From NCBI GenBank assembly GCA_028534125.1, contig CM052841.1, positions 62,062,001 through 62,126,000 on the forward strand: 64,000 nt of DNA. The letters are read 5' to 3'. The notes below the pieces were generated by a model, which made no database searches, was not told where the DNA came from, and saw only the letters and a program-made list of their open reading frames with translations. Of the stretch, positions 61,289 through 64,000 are shown piece by piece. Position 1 is the first letter of the stretch; each line of letters opens with the position of its first letter. The position numbers and the translations under genes are program-made. This DNA is from Lama glama (lineage: Eukaryota).

Positions 61289-61574
61289 TCAAGAAGAACA
61301 ATAACACAAGCTGCCTTTTAGGCTGCCTCATTTACCTGGAAACTCGAGGTCGGGCTCAGATTATCTCTAAGTGATTTCATATCTCACTGGCAGCAAGGTC
61401 AGGATAATTAACAGTCAAGAACAGCAATTACATCTATCAAAACTCATCAAATTGTTCGTCTCAAAAATGTGTAGTTTACTGTACAGGAATCACACCATAA
61501 TAAAGGTGTTTAAAAAAAAGCAAAGAGTTCAGAACAGCAATTTAAAAATATGGGACACTCCAGGGGATAATGTA

Positions 61575-61735
61575 GCTGTGTGACTTTGGGCACGTTGTTT
61601 AACCTCTCTGATCCTCAGTGTAAATTGTAAACTGAAAACGGCATTAGTATCTAATTCATGGGGCTGTTGCAAGAAGTCAATAAGGTAATGCTTATAAGGC
61701 CAGAGTAGGGGCTCAATAATTGTCAGTTTTATTAT
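61575..61735 (+). mobile_element. MIR SINE
   Basis: gctgtgtgactttgggcacgttgtttaacctctctgatcctcag. Confidence 0.75.
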
Positions 61736-61919
61736 CACTAAATACTGGAGAGTGATAACTCTGTCCAGAAAGGCTGGGCTTCCTCCAGAATGAAGGCTGA
61801 TCTTAAGTGAGAATCTGCTTGGCAGGACTTTTCAACTGTCCAGAAGAAACTCCTAGAACCAGCACTCCCTGGGGGCATTATCCCAAGTCCAGCTGAGTTT
61901 AAGCCTAGTCTCTGAGCCA

Positions 61920-62087
61920 AAGTTCTTAATCTTCAGAAAACATGAGAATCACCCAGAGAACTTGTTTACAATGCATATTCTTAGAGCTCTCCCTCCAGGA
62001 GTCTCTTCTAGGTTTTGGATGAGGCCAGGAATTGGTTATATTTAACAAACACCCCAAAGTAATGCTCATCCAGAGTCTGAAGCACTG
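61920..62087 (+). mobile_element. MER5-like hAT element
   Basis: gaatcacccagagaacttgttt...tttaacaaacacccca...agtctgaagcactg. Confidence 0.6.
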
Positions 62088-62095
62088 CCCTAAAC

Positions 62096-62314
62096 CAGGG
62101 ATGGGCAGGCTTTTCTGGAAAGGACCAGAGAGTAAATACTGTTGGCTCATGGCCCAGATGTCTCTGGCCCAACTACTCAACTCTGCTGTTGTAGCAGAAA
62201 AGCAACTAGACATTAAGTAAATTAAGGGGTATGGCTGTGTTTCAATAAAACTTTACTTACAAAGACAGCTGGGGGGCCGGATTTGACCTGTGGGACATAG
62301 TGTGCTGGCCCTTG
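62096..62314 (+). mobile_element. MER58A (hAT-Charlie)
   Basis: caactactcaactctgctgttgtagc; atggctgtgtttcaataaaactttacttacaaa; gggccggatttgacc. Confidence 0.85.
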
Positions 62315-64000
62315 CTCTTGGCAAGCCTATACATCTTCCATATATAACCAGTGAAGACACAGATATGTGTATTCTTTTTAAAAAGTGGTATTTCTTTAAT
62401 TTAAAATTATGACCTGGAAAGAACCAGTCAGTTTAAGTGATCTAAACCTCCTCTTTATACCCAATTGGAACAGACACAACATTGGTTCAGATTGCCAATC
62501 CCAGAAAGTAACCAAACCAAGCTGCAAACCCTCAGGGAGTCCCTGAAGCTTCTCTGCTGGAGCCAGCAGACTCCATGGAGGGCGGGTGCCCAGGCTGCCA
62601 GGGGCCACCGTTTTCTAGACAGGCTGCCACCCAACTCCCTCACCAGCCTGATTCCTCTCCATTGCCCTGTAGCTGGCACTGCACACGTCCCCTACAGAGA
62701 GGTTGGTGGTGTAGAAGTCACTGCTTAATCATCTTTGGGGGCATCTTCCCGTAATTGCGACAGTGGAGCTGAGCGATTCTAAACGTGCCCAGAAGGGCAG
62801 CACCTTCATTATTTAGCTGAGATCTGGAGCCTCGAGTTGTAACTATCGGTCACGTGTAGCCAAGGCGTTAGCAACAAAATGGCAAACTTGGGAAATGACT
62901 GGGGAAGATGCAAGGGTCTCGATGGTGATTCTGAAAATGAAACAGACAAATGCCATCCGGGTAAAGTCTGTACAAATGGGGAGAAAACATCAGAACAGAA
63001 CCGGGAACGCCACCTCTTTCAGCACTGAGGTTGGTCTGCTCTTCCCCGAGCACAGAAGTCCAAGATCCCACTTCTTAGGTCAGCTTCAACTCTCCCACGC
63101 TGCACATTCAGGGCCAATCAGGCCTACAGATTCACCCAACCCATCAGTGAGGGTCTCGCAAAAGCATGAGGTGCTGAATGATGTGAGAAAGGAGTCCACG
63201 ATGTGATACGATACTGGGCAGGCTTTTTTCTGCACTGAGTTTTGGAAACGCACAGTCAGTGGAGAGGCAAGGAGGAAGGGTGGGGTCTGAGCTGCCCTCC
63301 GAGGTCCTAGAGGTCTTCCCAGAGGGGTTCGTGTACAGAATAAATACAACTAGCTTGCAGGAAGCCTTCTGGAAGAAGCCTCAGACCCACTGCAGTGGGG
63401 CAGGAAGTAACATTTACAGCACCCAAAGCCTGATGCTTGACCTGAGTCAAAGCTGTCGGGACAAACCACCAAAGGGCTGCCCAAGGACGCAGTGGAAGAC
63501 CAGATGGCAGCCAAGCTGTCCCCACCACACCCGGCACTGCGGCAGGCCACCGCCTGGGTGTACTGCAGGGGCAGCTCAGGGCACTAACAAGGGCCCCTGC
63601 TGTGCCTGGGTGTGGTGGGGTTGGGGGAGAGCATGGCATTAACTAGAGTCCCCTGAGAACTGAGGCACAGTGAGAAGGAGATAAGGGTGGGGTTTCCTCC
63701 TCACGCCCACCAGTCACTCTGCCTCCCAAGGGAGGAAGAAGTGCCACTGCCAGCACCACGGACATCTTACTGAAAGGACGGCACCTGGGTGGGGCGGCGG
63801 GTATCTCAGCACAGACCCTCGGCTGTGAGACGGCCCCCAGTGACGGCCTTCCCTATAGTTGTTCTGGTCTGAGTCTGGGTCATGTCACAAGCCCTGGCTC
63901 ATGACAACGTGGGCCCCATCACCAGCGCCTGACCCCCAGGTTGTTAGCAGGACAGTTCCAGGGGTGGGGGTAAGAGAGTTGGGGTCCCAGGAACCCAACA

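Noticed and set aside
21000-64000. Hidden coding exons or processed pseudogenes upstream of the promoter
   Set aside because: No ORF-track product resembles a protein I recognise, and isolated splice-like motifs (for example 58817, 60299) lack supporting partners
1-64000. CRISPR arrays, operons or a novel multi-gene system
   Set aside because: Mammalian intronic/intergenic DNA; no regularly spaced repeats or gene cluster seen

Overview
Mammalian genomic DNA, most likely camelid (alpaca/llama/camel). This is inferred from six copies of a tRNA-Ala(AGC)-derived SINE and five copies of one young L1 3' end. There is one strong CpG island (~19.9-20.9 kb). It carries three CCAAT boxes and several GC boxes, plus a short minus-strand, AUG-less first exon (~20625->20481) ending in a canonical GT donor. 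Bases 1-20480 therefore look like the long first intron of a minus-strand gene that I cannot name. Bases ~21-64 kb look like upstream intergenic DNA dense in MIR, L2, L1, MaLR LTRs and hAT/TcMar DNA transposon fossils, many of them nested with visible TSDs. I found no credible protein-coding exon, and the ORF track is explained by chance, GC-richness, N gaps or decayed L1 ORF2. Five N-runs are present. I found no new multi-gene biological system. The most unusual items are a perfect 31-bp inverted repeat with a 7-nt loop (61220-61288), a tailless half-tRNA-Lys(CTT) retrocopy (42990-43027), a compact AP-1/STAT/ETS/GC-box/G4 element (33255-33537) and a (TG)7(CG)5 Z-DNA tract. Repeat family names are recalled from consensus sequences by eye and need RepeatMasker/Dfam confirmation; boundaries without a stated TSD are approximate.
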